This document shows, piece by piece, positions 19,015-29,062 of a DNA stretch of 64,000 nucleotides. The notes below the pieces were generated by a model. It did no database searches. It was not told the DNA's origin and worked only from the letters and a program-made list of their open reading frames with translations. Position 1 is the stretch's first letter. Every line of letters starts with the position of its first letter. A program made the translations under genes and the position numbers. Source of the DNA: Minisyncoccota bacterium (GTDB lineage Bacteria > Patescibacteriota > Minisyncoccia > Phycocordibacterales > UBA9973); assembly GCA_036169735.1 (NCBI GenBank), contig JAVHNX010000051.1:8569-72568 (forward strand), in the 5' to 3' direction.

Positions 19015-19860
19015 CTATCTTCTTCTTCCATAATACGAACCTCCACCATTGGAGTTGTTTGAATTATGGTGAATATTTCCACCACCATTTCCATAACCGT
19101 TAGAATTTTGATTGTGATGGTTTTGAACAACCATATTTCCACAACCATTGTTGTAACCAGTATTAAAACTAACACCTGCTTGGAAATTCATTCCGAAACC
19201 ATTTCCACAACTTGGCTCATTCCAAATTCTTCTTTGGAAAGGTCCTTCGTTGTAATAAACAGGTCCATAATAATACGGTCCGGTTGAAACTGTTGGATGT
19301 TCGATACAATCACCAAGATTTTTGTAGCAAGTACATTGATTTTGGTTTTGTGGTTGGTATCTTTGATATTGATTACCATCTTTCACAACAGGACTCGGTA
19401 CTGGAACAGGAGCAGTTTGTTGAATAATCACTGGAACTTCCAATAAATTCATACAAATCGTTTTGAAAATAATTAGCTCACACTTTCCATATTGGAAGAT
19501 GCCGACTGTTCCTTGAAAATTTTTGTCAGGATAAAATTGGATTGTATTTCCTTTTCTACCTGAATTAGTAAAACCTTCAAGTTTCATTTCAGAATATTGA
19601 ACATGATCCAATACCCAGAAAATATTATTCTCGTCAACTTTTACTGTCTCACCAGCGGCTACTAAACCAAAGTTTACGATTCGTAAAAACTCTTTACGGT
19701 AGTTCTTGGATAATTCCGAGGTTCCCATTAAGAAATTTTTTACTTGCTCGTTTGTGTAACCGTTTTCGTTATACGATTGGATTGGTTGTAAACGTTGTGC
19801 TTTGCTCGATCCTACGAATAGGAGAACAGCTAGGATAAAAAGAATTTTCTTAATTTTCAT
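19015..19860 (-). CDS. Secreted hypothetical protein with Gly/Asn-rich tail
   Basis: Signal peptide ending SKA-Q; own TTGACT-18-TATACT promoter. Confidence 0.75.
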   Translation of the reverse strand: MKIKKILFILAVLLFVGSSKAQRLQPIQSYNENGYTNEQVKNFLMGTSELSKNYRKEFLRIVNFGLVAAGETVKVDENNIFWVLDHVQYSEMKLEGFTNSGRKGNTIQFYPDKNFQGTVGIFQYGKCELIIFKTICMNLLEVPVIIQQTAPVPVPSPVVKDGNQYQRYQPQNQNQCTCYKNLGDCIEHPTVSTGPYYYGPVYYNEGPFQRRIWNEPSCGNGFGMNFQAGVSFNTGYNNGCGNMVVQNHHNQNSNGYGNGGGNIHHNSNNSNGGGSYYGRRR

Positions 19861-20056
19861 TTGTTATTATTTTAAAGTTGGTTGCCGCAAACCCTATATA
19901 TTATGGATTTCTGGCAACCAACCAAAATATTTTTCGAACAACTTATCTATGTAACAAGTATAGCACCTTTTTGTACAAAAGTCAAGCCCTATAACCTATC
20001 TAAAATTAGTTAAGAACCCTTTGTTTTAAAGATAAAATGCGGTATGATTTCAGGTA

Positions 20057-21754
20057 ATGGCACCATTTGACGAAGAAAAACAAAACAAACAACTAGATGA
20101 TTTACACAAGCTAGAAGAAGAGCAGTTAATCGAAGTTCTAGCAGAATCAAAATATAATCTACCTTATATAGACTTATCTCGTTTGGGTATAGACAACGAA
20201 GCTCTTCGTGCGATATCCGAAACTGAAGCACGTGAAATGAAAGTCGCTCCTTTTAGACTTTCTGGCAAGAATATTTTCATCGCGGTCCGTTCCCCTTCAG
20301 AAGATCTTTTGGGAAAATTAAAAGATGCAATGGAAAGAAAAAATCTAGTCGCAACTTTTTATATGGTATCGATGGCGAGCCTAAACAAAGTTTGGGATAG
20401 ATATAAAGAAATTTCTTTGGCTGAGAATTCAAAAGTTGGTGGGTTAGATATTTCTGGAGAAATTTTGTCAGAAACTGCAAAAGATATTAAAAAAATGCAA
20501 GACATTGAAGTCCTAATTACAGGTGCAATGACAGGAAACCAGAAACATAAAATTTCTCATATTCTTGAAATAATACTAGCGGGTGCAATTTCAATCAAAG
20601 CTTCTGATATCCACATCGAACCAGAAGAAAATCGTGGAAGACTACGTCTTAGACTCGATGGTGTTCTCCAAGATGTTATGTTTTTTGGAATGGATATTTA
20701 TCGTCTATTAAATTCTCGTCTAAAACTTCTTTCCGGAATGAAACTAGCAACAAGAATTGCTCAAGACGGACGCTTTAGTATTGAAGAAGGAAACGAAGAA
20801 ATAAGTATTCGTGCTTCTATGATACCTGGTACTTATGGTGAATCAATTGTTATGCGTATCTTGGATCCAAAATCCATTCAAGTGAAACTAGAAGATATGG
20901 GTATTGAACCTTTTCTTTTTAGTACGATTCAAGAAGAGATAGCTAAACCAAACGGTCTTATTTTGGTTACTGGTCCGACAGGATCAGGAAAAACCACGAC
21001 TCTTTATGCCTTTTTAAGAAAAATATATTCTTCCGAAATAAAAATCATCACTATTGAAGACCCAGTAGAATATCACCTAACTGGAATAACTCAGACACAG
21101 ACAGACGCAAAAAAGGGTTACACCTTCCTGGAAGGTTTACGTTCCGCTCTCCGTCAGGACCCAGATGTGGTAATGGTTGGAGAAATACGAGATGCCGAGA
21201 CTGCAAAGATCGCAGTCGAATCTGCTTTGACAGGACACTTGGTTTTTTCAACACTCCACACAAATAATGCAGCGGGTGTTATCCCTCGTCTTATTGATCT
21301 GGATGTTAACCCAAAGATTATGGTATCAGCTTTGTCTCTTTCTATTGCTCAGCGTCTTGTCCGTAAGCTTTGCCAAGAATGTAAAAAGGAAGCATCCCCA
21401 ACTGCCGAAGAAGCAGCTAGTATCAAGCTAGTAGTAGATAGTATCAAAGCAGAAAACAAAGATCTTAAAAATTATAATATAAACCCTGATGCTCCTTTCA
21501 AAATATTTTCTGTTGTTGGTTGTGAAAAATGTAACATGACGGGATACAAAGGACGAATCGGTATTTTTGAAGCTATCAAAACCGATGAAGCTATTGAAAA
21601 AATAATTCCAGAAAATCCAAGTGAACGTGAAATTAAAAAAGTGGCTCGAACACAAGGAATACTTTCCATGCGCCAAGATGGTGTAGTAAAAATTTTGAAT
21701 GGTGTCACCTCTCTCGAGGAAGTACAGAGTGTCGTTGATTTAAAAGAAGAATAA
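20057..21754 (+). CDS. pilB: Type IV pilus assembly ATPase, PilB/GspE family
   Basis: ASDIHIEP, QDGRF, GPTGSGKTTT, TIEDPVE, LRQDPD, GEIRD, TGHLVFSTLHTN and tetracysteine motif. Confidence 0.92.
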   Translation: MAPFDEEKQNKQLDDLHKLEEEQLIEVLAESKYNLPYIDLSRLGIDNEALRAISETEAREMKVAPFRLSGKNIFIAVRSPSEDLLGKLKDAMERKNLVATFYMVSMASLNKVWDRYKEISLAENSKVGGLDISGEILSETAKDIKKMQDIEVLITGAMTGNQKHKISHILEIILAGAISIKASDIHIEPEENRGRLRLRLDGVLQDVMFFGMDIYRLLNSRLKLLSGMKLATRIAQDGRFSIEEGNEEISIRASMIPGTYGESIVMRILDPKSIQVKLEDMGIEPFLFSTIQEEIAKPNGLILVTGPTGSGKTTTLYAFLRKIYSSEIKIITIEDPVEYHLTGITQTQTDAKKGYTFLEGLRSALRQDPDVVMVGEIRDAETAKIAVESALTGHLVFSTLHTNNAAGVIPRLIDLDVNPKIMVSALSLSIAQRLVRKLCQECKKEASPTAEEAASIKLVVDSIKAENKDLKNYNINPDAPFKIFSVVGCEKCNMTGYKGRIGIFEAIKTDEAIEKIIPENPSEREIKKVARTQGILSMRQDGVVKILNGVTSLEEVQSVVDLKEE

Positions 21755-21756
21755 AA

Positions 21757-21838
21757 AGTGATTAAAGAGACTTGGGAGCGCGACGGCGCGAGCACGAGGA
21801 ATTTTTTAGCAAAAAAATATCCGTGCTCTTTAATTACT
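21757..21838 (+). repeat. Divergent family A-like element
   Basis: 13-bp outer stem; gcgc-GACG-gcgc-GAGCA and atttttt-AGCA-aaaaaat, i.e. family A loops with compensatory stem changes. Confidence 0.7.
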
Positions 21839-21872
21839 ATTTATTTTTATTTTTCTTTTTTAAATTAGCAAT

Positions 21873-22051
21873 AAAAAAAACACTAATCTCTAAACAATCC
21901 TTTCAAAGCTAAGCTTCGAAAGTAACAAATTCTTGAAGGATGGTCCCCGTGAACTAATAAAAGTACCGAGACGTCCTACGCAAAATTGTATAACCGGGGG
22001 CTGATTGCTTAGAGATTAGTGCCTTCTTAACTTAATAGGGTCTTAACCTGT
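21873..22051 (-). ncRNA. Candidate structured ncRNA, unidentified
   Basis: TATAAT at 22058-22063 on the minus strand; 19-bp closing stem 21881-21899/22003-22021 followed by a U-tract; inner hairpins; no ORF. Confidence 0.35.
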
Positions 22052-22158
22052 AAAACTATTATACTATATTCAAAACCAAGTAAATGTTACAATGTGGATA
22101 CCAGAGTGGATACCGTGTTAACAAAGCAACAAAGAAAGTATATCATACTACTAAACCA

Positions 22159-23169
22159 ATGTCAAGTGAATTAGACAAAGAAATAAAAAACACCCCCGAA
22201 GAGTCTTCCCTTGATAAGACCCTTCGTCCTTCGCGTTGGGAGGAGTATATTGGCCAAAAACACATAAAAGACAACGTTAAAATACTATTAAAGGCCGCTG
22301 AAGAACGTGGTCATACCCCTGAACATCTACTATTTTATGGTCCTCCGGGCTTGGGAAAAACAACTATTGCTCACCTGATTGCCAAGGAAACTGGTCGACA
22401 AATGAAGATAACTTCCGGCCCCGCCATCGAAAAAGTTGGGGATTTGGCTTCTATCCTGACAAACCTCGCCCCCGGAGATATTATCTTTATTGACGAGATT
22501 CACCGCCTAAATAAAATGGTGGAAGAGGTCCTTTACCCTGCGATGGAGTCTGGAGTTCTTGATATTATCATTGGTAAAGGTCCTTCGGCTCGTACTATCC
22601 AGCTCGATTTGCCTCCGTTTACTCTGATCGCTGCGACGACTCGTGTCGCGATGGTGTCTTCCCCTCTTCGTTCTCGTTTTTCGGGTGGAGTTTTTCGATT
22701 AGAATTTTATTCTAACGAAGAGATTGCCGAAATTGTCCGACGATCCAGTAAACTTTTAGAAACAGAACTCGAAGAAGAAGCATTACTAGAAATAGCCAAG
22801 AGAAGCAGATTTACTCCTCGTACTGCAAACTACTTTTTGAAAAGAGCACGCGACTATGCCCAAGTAAATAAAAAAAGTTTAGACAAAGACACAGTAAAGA
22901 GAGCTCTCTCTATGCTTTCGATTGATGAAATAGGATTGAATGCTTCCGACAGAAAATTCTTGGAAGTCTTGATTGAAAAATTTAGTGGTGGACCAGTCGG
23001 ATTGAAAACTATTGCTGCTGCACTCTCCGAAGAAGAAGCAACTGTCGAAGAAGTGATTGAACCATACCTTATTCAGCTCGGATTTCTTGAACGTACTGCG
23101 AAAGGCAGAGTCGCCAATAAGAAAGCATATGAACATATGGGTTTTGACTTTATAGAAAATAAAGATTAA
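22159..23169 (+). CDS. ruvB: Holliday junction helicase RuvB
   Basis: LRP..W.EYIGQ, GPPGLGKTT, FIDEIHRL, YPAME, IEPYL. Confidence 0.97.
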   Translation: MSSELDKEIKNTPEESSLDKTLRPSRWEEYIGQKHIKDNVKILLKAAEERGHTPEHLLFYGPPGLGKTTIAHLIAKETGRQMKITSGPAIEKVGDLASILTNLAPGDIIFIDEIHRLNKMVEEVLYPAMESGVLDIIIGKGPSARTIQLDLPPFTLIAATTRVAMVSSPLRSRFSGGVFRLEFYSNEEIAEIVRRSSKLLETELEEEALLEIAKRSRFTPRTANYFLKRARDYAQVNKKSLDKDTVKRALSMLSIDEIGLNASDRKFLEVLIEKFSGGPVGLKTIAAALSEEEATVEEVIEPYLIQLGFLERTAKGRVANKKAYEHMGFDFIENKD

Positions 23170-23181
23170 ATTTTAAATATT

Positions 23182-23718
23182 ATGAGTCACTCACAATGGG
23201 AAAAGAAAAAACTGAAAAAAGCAGCCAATGGCAAAGACACTCACAAAATCTTTACAAAGATGGTGCGTTTGATAATGTCTGAAGCGAAGAAATGCAATGG
23301 AGACAGAAATTCTGACGGGCTTAAAGCTGCTATAGCCAAAGCTAAAAGTGTGAGCTTACCATCCGAAAATATCGACCGAGCAATCAAGAAAGCGAGTGAG
23401 CCAGGAGAAAGTATGAGTTCTATTACTTACGAAGCCTACGGACCAGGAGGTGTCGGTATTATTATTGAAACCCTTACTGATAGTAAAAATAGAACTGCTC
23501 AAGATATAAAACATATTCTTACCAAAAATGAATGTACATTAGCTGGTATTGGTTCTGTCGCTTGGGCTTTTGAAAAAAAAATTTCTCCTGAAGGCCTCAA
23601 CTGGAGACCAACAACCACAGTCTCTCCTTCTAATGAAGATCTAGAACTTTTAGAAAAGCTTGTGGACGAACTGGAAGCAAATGACGATGTACAGGAAGTT
23701 TTTACTAATGCAGAATAA
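23182..23718 (+). CDS. yebC: YebC/PmpR family protein (shortened)
   Basis: MSHSQW, NIDRAIKKA, YEAYGPGGV, GSVAWAF, DDVQEVFTN; lies between ruvB and ruvC. Confidence 0.9.
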   Translation: MSHSQWEKKKLKKAANGKDTHKIFTKMVRLIMSEAKKCNGDRNSDGLKAAIAKAKSVSLPSENIDRAIKKASEPGESMSSITYEAYGPGGVGIIIETLTDSKNRTAQDIKHILTKNECTLAGIGSVAWAFEKKISPEGLNWRPTTTVSPSNEDLELLEKLVDELEANDDVQEVFTNAE

Positions 23719-23719
23719 A

Positions 23720-23765
23720 ACCCTACCCCGGAGATAGGGGATTTCCCCTATCCCCGGGGTAGGGT
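23720..23765. repeat. Family E REP doublet
   Basis: cccta-N9-taggggatttccccta-N9-taggg with 22-bp arms and 1 mismatch. Confidence 0.8.
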
Positions 23766-23783
23766 GCGTGCTAAACTTTAACT

Positions 23784-24263
23784 ATGATAATTTTAGGAAT
23801 TGATCCAGGTTTTGAAAGACTTGGTGTCGCAGTGCTCGAAAAAAATAAAGGTGACAGAAAAGAAAAGGTACTTTTTTCTGAGTGTTTTAAAACTTCGGCT
23901 AAATTAGAATTTTCAGAAAGATTACTTTTGATTGGTAAAGAAGTCAGAAAAATAATAAAAGAATATAAACCGAAAGTTCTTTCGATTGAAACTTTGTTTC
24001 TAACTACCAACCATAAAACAGTTATGCACGTCGCAGAAGCACGCGGTGTTGTTATCTATGAAGCCTCTGATGCCGGTCTAAAAATATTTGAAGCTTCCCC
24101 TCCTCAAATAAAAATAGCTACTACAGGCTACGGTAAAGCTGACAAATCTCAAGTAATAAAAATGGTTAAGATGTTAGTTGATATAGATAATTCAAAAAAA
24201 CAAGACGACGAACTAGACGCAATAGCTATTGCTCTCACTGCTTTTGCACATCTAAAATTTTAA
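23784..24263 (+). CDS. ruvC: Holliday junction resolvase RuvC
   Basis: ILGIDPG, IETLF, EARGV, TGYGKADK, DDELDAIAIA. Confidence 0.96.
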   Translation: MIILGIDPGFERLGVAVLEKNKGDRKEKVLFSECFKTSAKLEFSERLLLIGKEVRKIIKEYKPKVLSIETLFLTTNHKTVMHVAEARGVVIYEASDAGLKIFEASPPQIKIATTGYGKADKSQVIKMVKMLVDIDNSKKQDDELDAIAIALTAFAHLKF

Positions 24264-24414
24264 GGATTTTACCCCGCGAAGCCTTGGCGAAGTGGGGTTA
24301 TCCACAGTTTTATTTTTAAAGTATTGCGAAAGTTTTCTAGATTTGGTACAAAATATAAATTAAAAATAATTGTTGTTAATGGGTCGTTTTTAAAAGTTTA
24401 AAAAATAAAAAAAT

Positions 24415-24573
24415 ATGGACGAAGAAGAAGAATCAATCGAAGAAAAGAGTTTTAGTTCAAGTAGTATCGATGATGAAAATTTTAATGATGATCTAGGTGA
24501 TACATTAGATCCGTTAGAAGTATCTGACCTGGGTATTGAAGACGATGATGATATTGATAAACTAGAAGAATAA
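24415..24573 (+). CDS. Small hyper-acidic protein (52 aa, absent from ORF track)
   Basis: MDEEEESIEEKSF...IEDDDDIDKLEE; promoter-like TTGCGA-17-TACAAA upstream and a terminator downstream. Confidence 0.65.
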   Translation: MDEEEESIEEKSFSSSSIDDENFNDDLGDTLDPLEVSDLGIEDDDDIDKLEE

Positions 24574-24610
24574 TAAAAAATCCTCCGATCTAATCGGAGG
24601 ATTTTTTATT
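24572..24610. terminator. Bidirectional terminator
   Basis: aataaaaaatcctccgat-cta-atcggaggattttttatt. Confidence 0.8.
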
Positions 24611-25989
24611 TATACGATTTTTATGAATCTTCTCTTTCCAATCTTGTAGACTCCAGGAGTAGCTAAAATTTTAAAATCAGTAATTTTTGTTTCCCCTTCT
24701 TCACTCAACATTTTAACAGCACCTTCTTCAACAAGTCTACGCCATTCACTTTTTGAGGCAAAAACTTTATTTTCAAAAAGAACATCGACTAACAAATCTC
24801 CATCTTTGTATTTTACTTCTTCAATATCATCTGGAATCTCTTTTTTCTGAAAAGTATTAATGAAATTTTCCTGAGCTTCGTCTGCTTTAGATTCTCCGTA
24901 GTAGATAACAACAACTTCTCTAGCTAGCCTCATTTTTAAATCTTTTGGATTAACTTCCCCTACTCCGAGTATTTTGCGTATTTCTTCAACTTCTTCTAAT
25001 GGGGTGAAGGTACACAACTCAAAGTAATTACAAATAGAAGAATCTGGAATAGACATTATTTTTCCATACATATCATTTGGTTCATCAGTGATAGCAACAT
25101 AATTATCAAGACTCTTGGACATCTTTGCATTGCCATCAGTTCCTTCTAAGAGCTTAAAAGACAATACTGCTTGAGGTTCTTTGTTGTTCATTTCCATAAC
25201 CTCACGTCCTACCAACATGTTGAAATGTTGATCAGTACCACCAACCTCTAAATCACATGAACCATAGATATCATAAATTGCATCGGAATCAATTCCTTGA
25301 ATAACTGGGTACATCATCTCATGCATAAAAATCGGCTCTCTGTTTTTTATACGATCTTGGAACATGTCTCTTTCAACTAATCTTCCATGGGAAACATGTC
25401 TAAGAATCGCTAGAAAATTTATCAGAGTGTAATTTTTTATAACATTCCTTTGTCTGCGTGTTTCTACCCAGTTTAATGACTTATTGTAAATATCATTTTC
25501 GGGCAAAGTTTCTGTTCCATATTGTTTTTGAGAATATTCTTTAAAAATATCAACTGATCGCACCGGAGCTATGATGTCATTGATAGAAACAAACCAATCT
25601 GAATTCATGGTCCATGAAAAAAGCTTTTCATCTTTGAGTAAAATTTTATCAACTTGATTTAAATAAGTCTCCATATTTTTTTGGATCTCATCAATATTTA
25701 TTTCAGGTCGTATTTTACTTTTACCAGTAGGATCTCCAATTTGAGCTGTTATGTCACCAATCAGAAAGACTACCTTACACCCCATGTTTTGAAATTGGCG
25801 TAGTTTACGTAGTACTACCGCGTGTCCTAGATGAATATCTGGACGTGTTGGGTCAACACCGAACTTTATAACTATTTTTTCAGGGTTATTTTCTAATTTT
25901 TTACGAAAAATGCCATCTGGATCAATAAATTGACCTACCCCGCGGGTAAACAACTCGTCCATCATTTCTTTATCCTTGCTTATTTTCAT
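24610..25989 (-). CDS. tyrS: Tyrosyl-tRNA synthetase
   Basis: GVDPTRPDIHLGH (HIGH), GDPTGK, YPVIQGID, GGTDQ, KMSKS and C-terminal S4 domain. Confidence 0.96.
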   Translation of the reverse strand: MKISKDKEMMDELFTRGVGQFIDPDGIFRKKLENNPEKIVIKFGVDPTRPDIHLGHAVVLRKLRQFQNMGCKVVFLIGDITAQIGDPTGKSKIRPEINIDEIQKNMETYLNQVDKILLKDEKLFSWTMNSDWFVSINDIIAPVRSVDIFKEYSQKQYGTETLPENDIYNKSLNWVETRRQRNVIKNYTLINFLAILRHVSHGRLVERDMFQDRIKNREPIFMHEMMYPVIQGIDSDAIYDIYGSCDLEVGGTDQHFNMLVGREVMEMNNKEPQAVLSFKLLEGTDGNAKMSKSLDNYVAITDEPNDMYGKIMSIPDSSICNYFELCTFTPLEEVEEIRKILGVGEVNPKDLKMRLAREVVVIYYGESKADEAQENFINTFQKKEIPDDIEEVKYKDGDLLVDVLFENKVFASKSEWRRLVEEGAVKMLSEEGETKITDFKILATPGVYKIGKRRFIKIV

Positions 25990-25998
25990 ATTGTGGAT

Positions 25999-26135
25999 TA
26001 TAACAGCAAACGAGGAGCATAAACAAGTTCACTTGTTTAATGTCCGAGAGCAGCTGTTATATGGTAATCCATATAACAGCAAACGAGGAGCGTAGACAAG
26101 CTTGCTTGTATAACGTCCGAGTGCTGCTGTTATAT
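25999..26135. repeat. Two tandem ~63-bp hairpin elements in the tyrS/PBP divergent promoter
   Basis: tataacagcaaacgaggagc-[hairpin]-gtccgagwgcwgctgttata, at 25999-26061 and 26071-26135. Confidence 0.85.
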
Positions 26136-26174
26136 AGTATTCTATATAACATGTTTTCTGATATGATAAAGAGG

Positions 26175-28690
26175 ATGAATAAAAAACTAAAGAATAAACA
26201 ATTTTTGAAAAACTTAGTACTGTTTTGTACTGGGGGTCTTATTATTTTATTAGGTGCATTAATAATTTTAGTTTCTAGTATAAAAATACCTGACTTTCGT
26301 TCTTTTGAAGACAGAAAAGTTGCAAACTCTACCAAAATATACGATCGTACAGGTGAAATTCTTCTTTATAATATTCACCAAGACGTAAAAAGAACCAACA
26401 TTACTTTTTCAGAAATGGGTTCGAATATAAAAAATGCAACAGTCGCAGTGGAAGATTCGGATTTTTATAATCATAGTGGAATACGAGTAACCTCTATTGT
26501 TCGAGCTATTTATTCTAATTTATTTCATGTTGGGATAGGTGGGGGTGGGTCAACCATTACACAACAGTTGGTTAAAAATACACTTCTAACACGAAATAAA
26601 ACTTACATCAGAAAAATAAAGGAATGGGTATTGGCAATCAAGATTGACCGATCAATGCCAAAAGAAAAAATCTTGGAATATTATTTGAACGAAGTTCCTT
26701 ATGGTGGAGCTGTCTATGGTATACAAGAAGCAGCAAAAACATATTTTGGGAAAAATGCGAGTGATCTAACTTTGGCCGAAGCTGCATATTTGGCAGCAAT
26801 ACCTCAGTCCCCCACAACCCTATCTCCTTATGGAAAAAATAAAGATAAACTTGAAGAAAGAAAAAATTTCGTACTTTCTAGAATGAAAGATGTAAACTTC
26901 ATTACGGAAGATATCTATAATAAAGCAAAAAATGAAGTTGTAACTTTTCTTCCTCAAACAACTGGAGGTATCAAAGCTCCCCATTTTGTTTTTTTTATTA
27001 AAGATTATTTAGAAAATAAATATGGTGTGGATATGGTGGAACAAGGTGGATTGAAAGTAACTACAACTCTTAATTACGACCTACAACAAAAAGGAGAACA
27101 GATTGTAAAAGAAGGAGCACTCCAGAATGAAAAAGATTGGAACGGTAGTAACGCAGGACTTGTAGCAATTGACCCAAAAACCGGACAAATATTGACAATG
27201 GTTGGTTCCCGAGATTATTTTGATAAAAAAATTGATGGTAACTACAATATTGCGACAGCGACAAGACAACCTGGCTCTTCTTTTAAGCCTTTTATTTATG
27301 CTACAGCTTTTAACGAAGGTTTTACTCCAGATACAGTACTCTTTGATCTACCAACTGAATTTCAAACAACCTGTAATGCTTATGGTAAAGCGTTACCAGG
27401 ACATAATCAAAGTGACTGTTATATGCCCGATGACTATGATGGGAAATTCCGTGGACCTATGAGCTTACGTAATGCACTAGCTCAATCAGTAAACATCCCT
27501 GCGGTAAAACTTTTTTATTTAGTTGGACTTAAAGATGCACTGAAAACTGCAGAAGATATGGGAATTAGTACCCTGACTGATTCAAGTCGATATGGACTTA
27601 CGTTGGTTATCGGAGAGGAGAAGTAAAACTTCTTGATATTACTTCTGCTTATGGTGTTTTTGCCAATAACGGTATTAGAAACCCAGCTACTGGAATATTA
27701 AAAATAGAAGATGCTAGTGGTAAAATCTTAGAAGAATTTACACCAAGCCCTCGAGAGATTTTACCAAAAAATACAGCATTAACTATTTCAAATGTTCTTT
27801 CTGACAATACTGCACGTATTCCAACATTCGGGGCAAATTCTGTTCTTCAAATTCCTGGTAAAGACGTAGCAGTCAAAACAGGAACAACCAACAGTAACAA
27901 AGACGCTTGGACCGTCGGATACTCTCCTGTAATAGCTGTTGGTGTTTGGGCTGGTAATAATGATAACAAGCCAATGAAAAAAGGAGGCTCGGCTGTCGCG
28001 GGACCTATTTGGAATAAATTTATTATTGAAGCAATGAATATATTACCAGATGAAAAATTTGATAAACCGAATTTGGAAGTTGATATTGAAAAAGTAAAAC
28101 CAGTAATTCGTGGAATCTGGCAAGGAAACGAAAATTTCTTTATTGATAAAATTTCTGGAAAACTAGCCACAGTTAATACACCAAAAGAAACACTGAAAGA
28201 AAAAGTAGTAACCAATGTACACACAATCCTTTATTGGGTAAACAAAAATGATATTATGGGACCTTCCCCAACTAACCCTGAGAATGATTCTCAGTTTAGT
28301 CATTGGGAAATTCCAATTCAAAATTGGTGGGCAAACAATAGTTACAAATATGCAAAAACAACTTTAGCAGAGAAACCAAATGCACAAGACGATGCTCATA
28401 CTGATGCCAATAAACCTGTTGTTGGAATTGTTCAACCGAATACCACCACCGTTTATCCTAGTAATCAAAAAATACAATTAACACTCTCAAATTCTGGAAC
28501 ATACCCTCTTCAAAAAATAGATGTATTTATAAATGATGTTTATTTAGGAACTTCAAAATATCCTTTTAACTTTTCATTCACACCTTCAGATTTAGAAAAT
28601 CTAAAAGATATAAACGAAATAAAAATTATTTCATATGACACTGCATACAATAGTAGTGAGACCACTTCTATTTTTGGTGTGAGTCAATAA
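26175..28690 (+). pseudogene. Class A penicillin-binding protein with a 1-bp frameshift at ~27615
   Basis: Transglycosylase motifs (EDSDFY.H.G, GGSTITQQLVKN) and transpeptidase SxxK (PGSSFK) and SxN (SVN) lie in one frame; GEVKLLDITSAY...VAVKTGTT continues in another frame into ORF 27974-28690. Confidence 0.88.
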
Positions 28691-28694
28691 AAAA

Positions 28695-28730
28695 ACAAAA
28701 AGCCCCCGACCGAAGTCGGGGGCTTTTTGT
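28695..28730. terminator. Bidirectional terminator on the family D palindrome
   Basis: acaaaaagcccccgac-cgaa-gtcgggggctttttgt. Confidence 0.8.
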
Positions 28731-28738
28731 TTATCTTC

Positions 28739-28759
28739 TACGGAGGCAACGCCTCCGTA
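28739..28759. repeat. Single REP related to the RAYT flanks
   Basis: tacggaggcaacgcctccgta; minus-strand core aggcgttgcct versus aggtcttgcct. Confidence 0.6.
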
Positions 28760-28793
28760 TTTAACAAAAATATCAAGGGTAGTCCTTGATATT

Positions 28794-29051
28794 TTATCTA
28801 AAACTCTGTGGAGATCTTTTACCAAGAGTTTCTTCTAATTTGGTAAATATTTTATCTCTCTTTAAAAATATCTCGTTTTTATAGACTGGTTTTATATTTA
28901 GGTATATCGTGCCGTTTTTTATTTTTATATCTTCTGATTTTATTTGTATTCCGATTGCTTCAGAAATAATACTTCTAATAGTTTCCTTTTGTGCCTCACC
29001 TGAGGTGAGAAGGTGACTAAATTTTAAAAGTAAGTCTTTTATTTCTATCAT
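28794..29051 (-). CDS. Small conserved protein downstream of dnaN, possibly DciA-like
   Basis: 85 aa (IKIKNGTIYLNI..VYKNEIFL); position and size fit DciA, which is an inference. Confidence 0.6.
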   Translation of the reverse strand: MIEIKDLLLKFSHLLTSGEAQKETIRSIISEAIGIQIKSEDIKIKNGTIYLNIKPVYKNEIFLKRDKIFTKLEETLGKRSPQSFR

Positions 29052-29062
29052 TCTAGTTTAAA

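Noticed and set aside
22093-22114. gtggatacc direct repeat upstream of ruvB as DnaA boxes or an SOS box
   Set aside because: Two mismatches to the DnaA consensus and no recognisable LexA palindrome; support is insufficient.
25999-26135. CRISPR or T-box upstream of tyrS
   Set aside because: Only two units with a 9-bp gap; no T-box motif or specifier stem; the region is too short.
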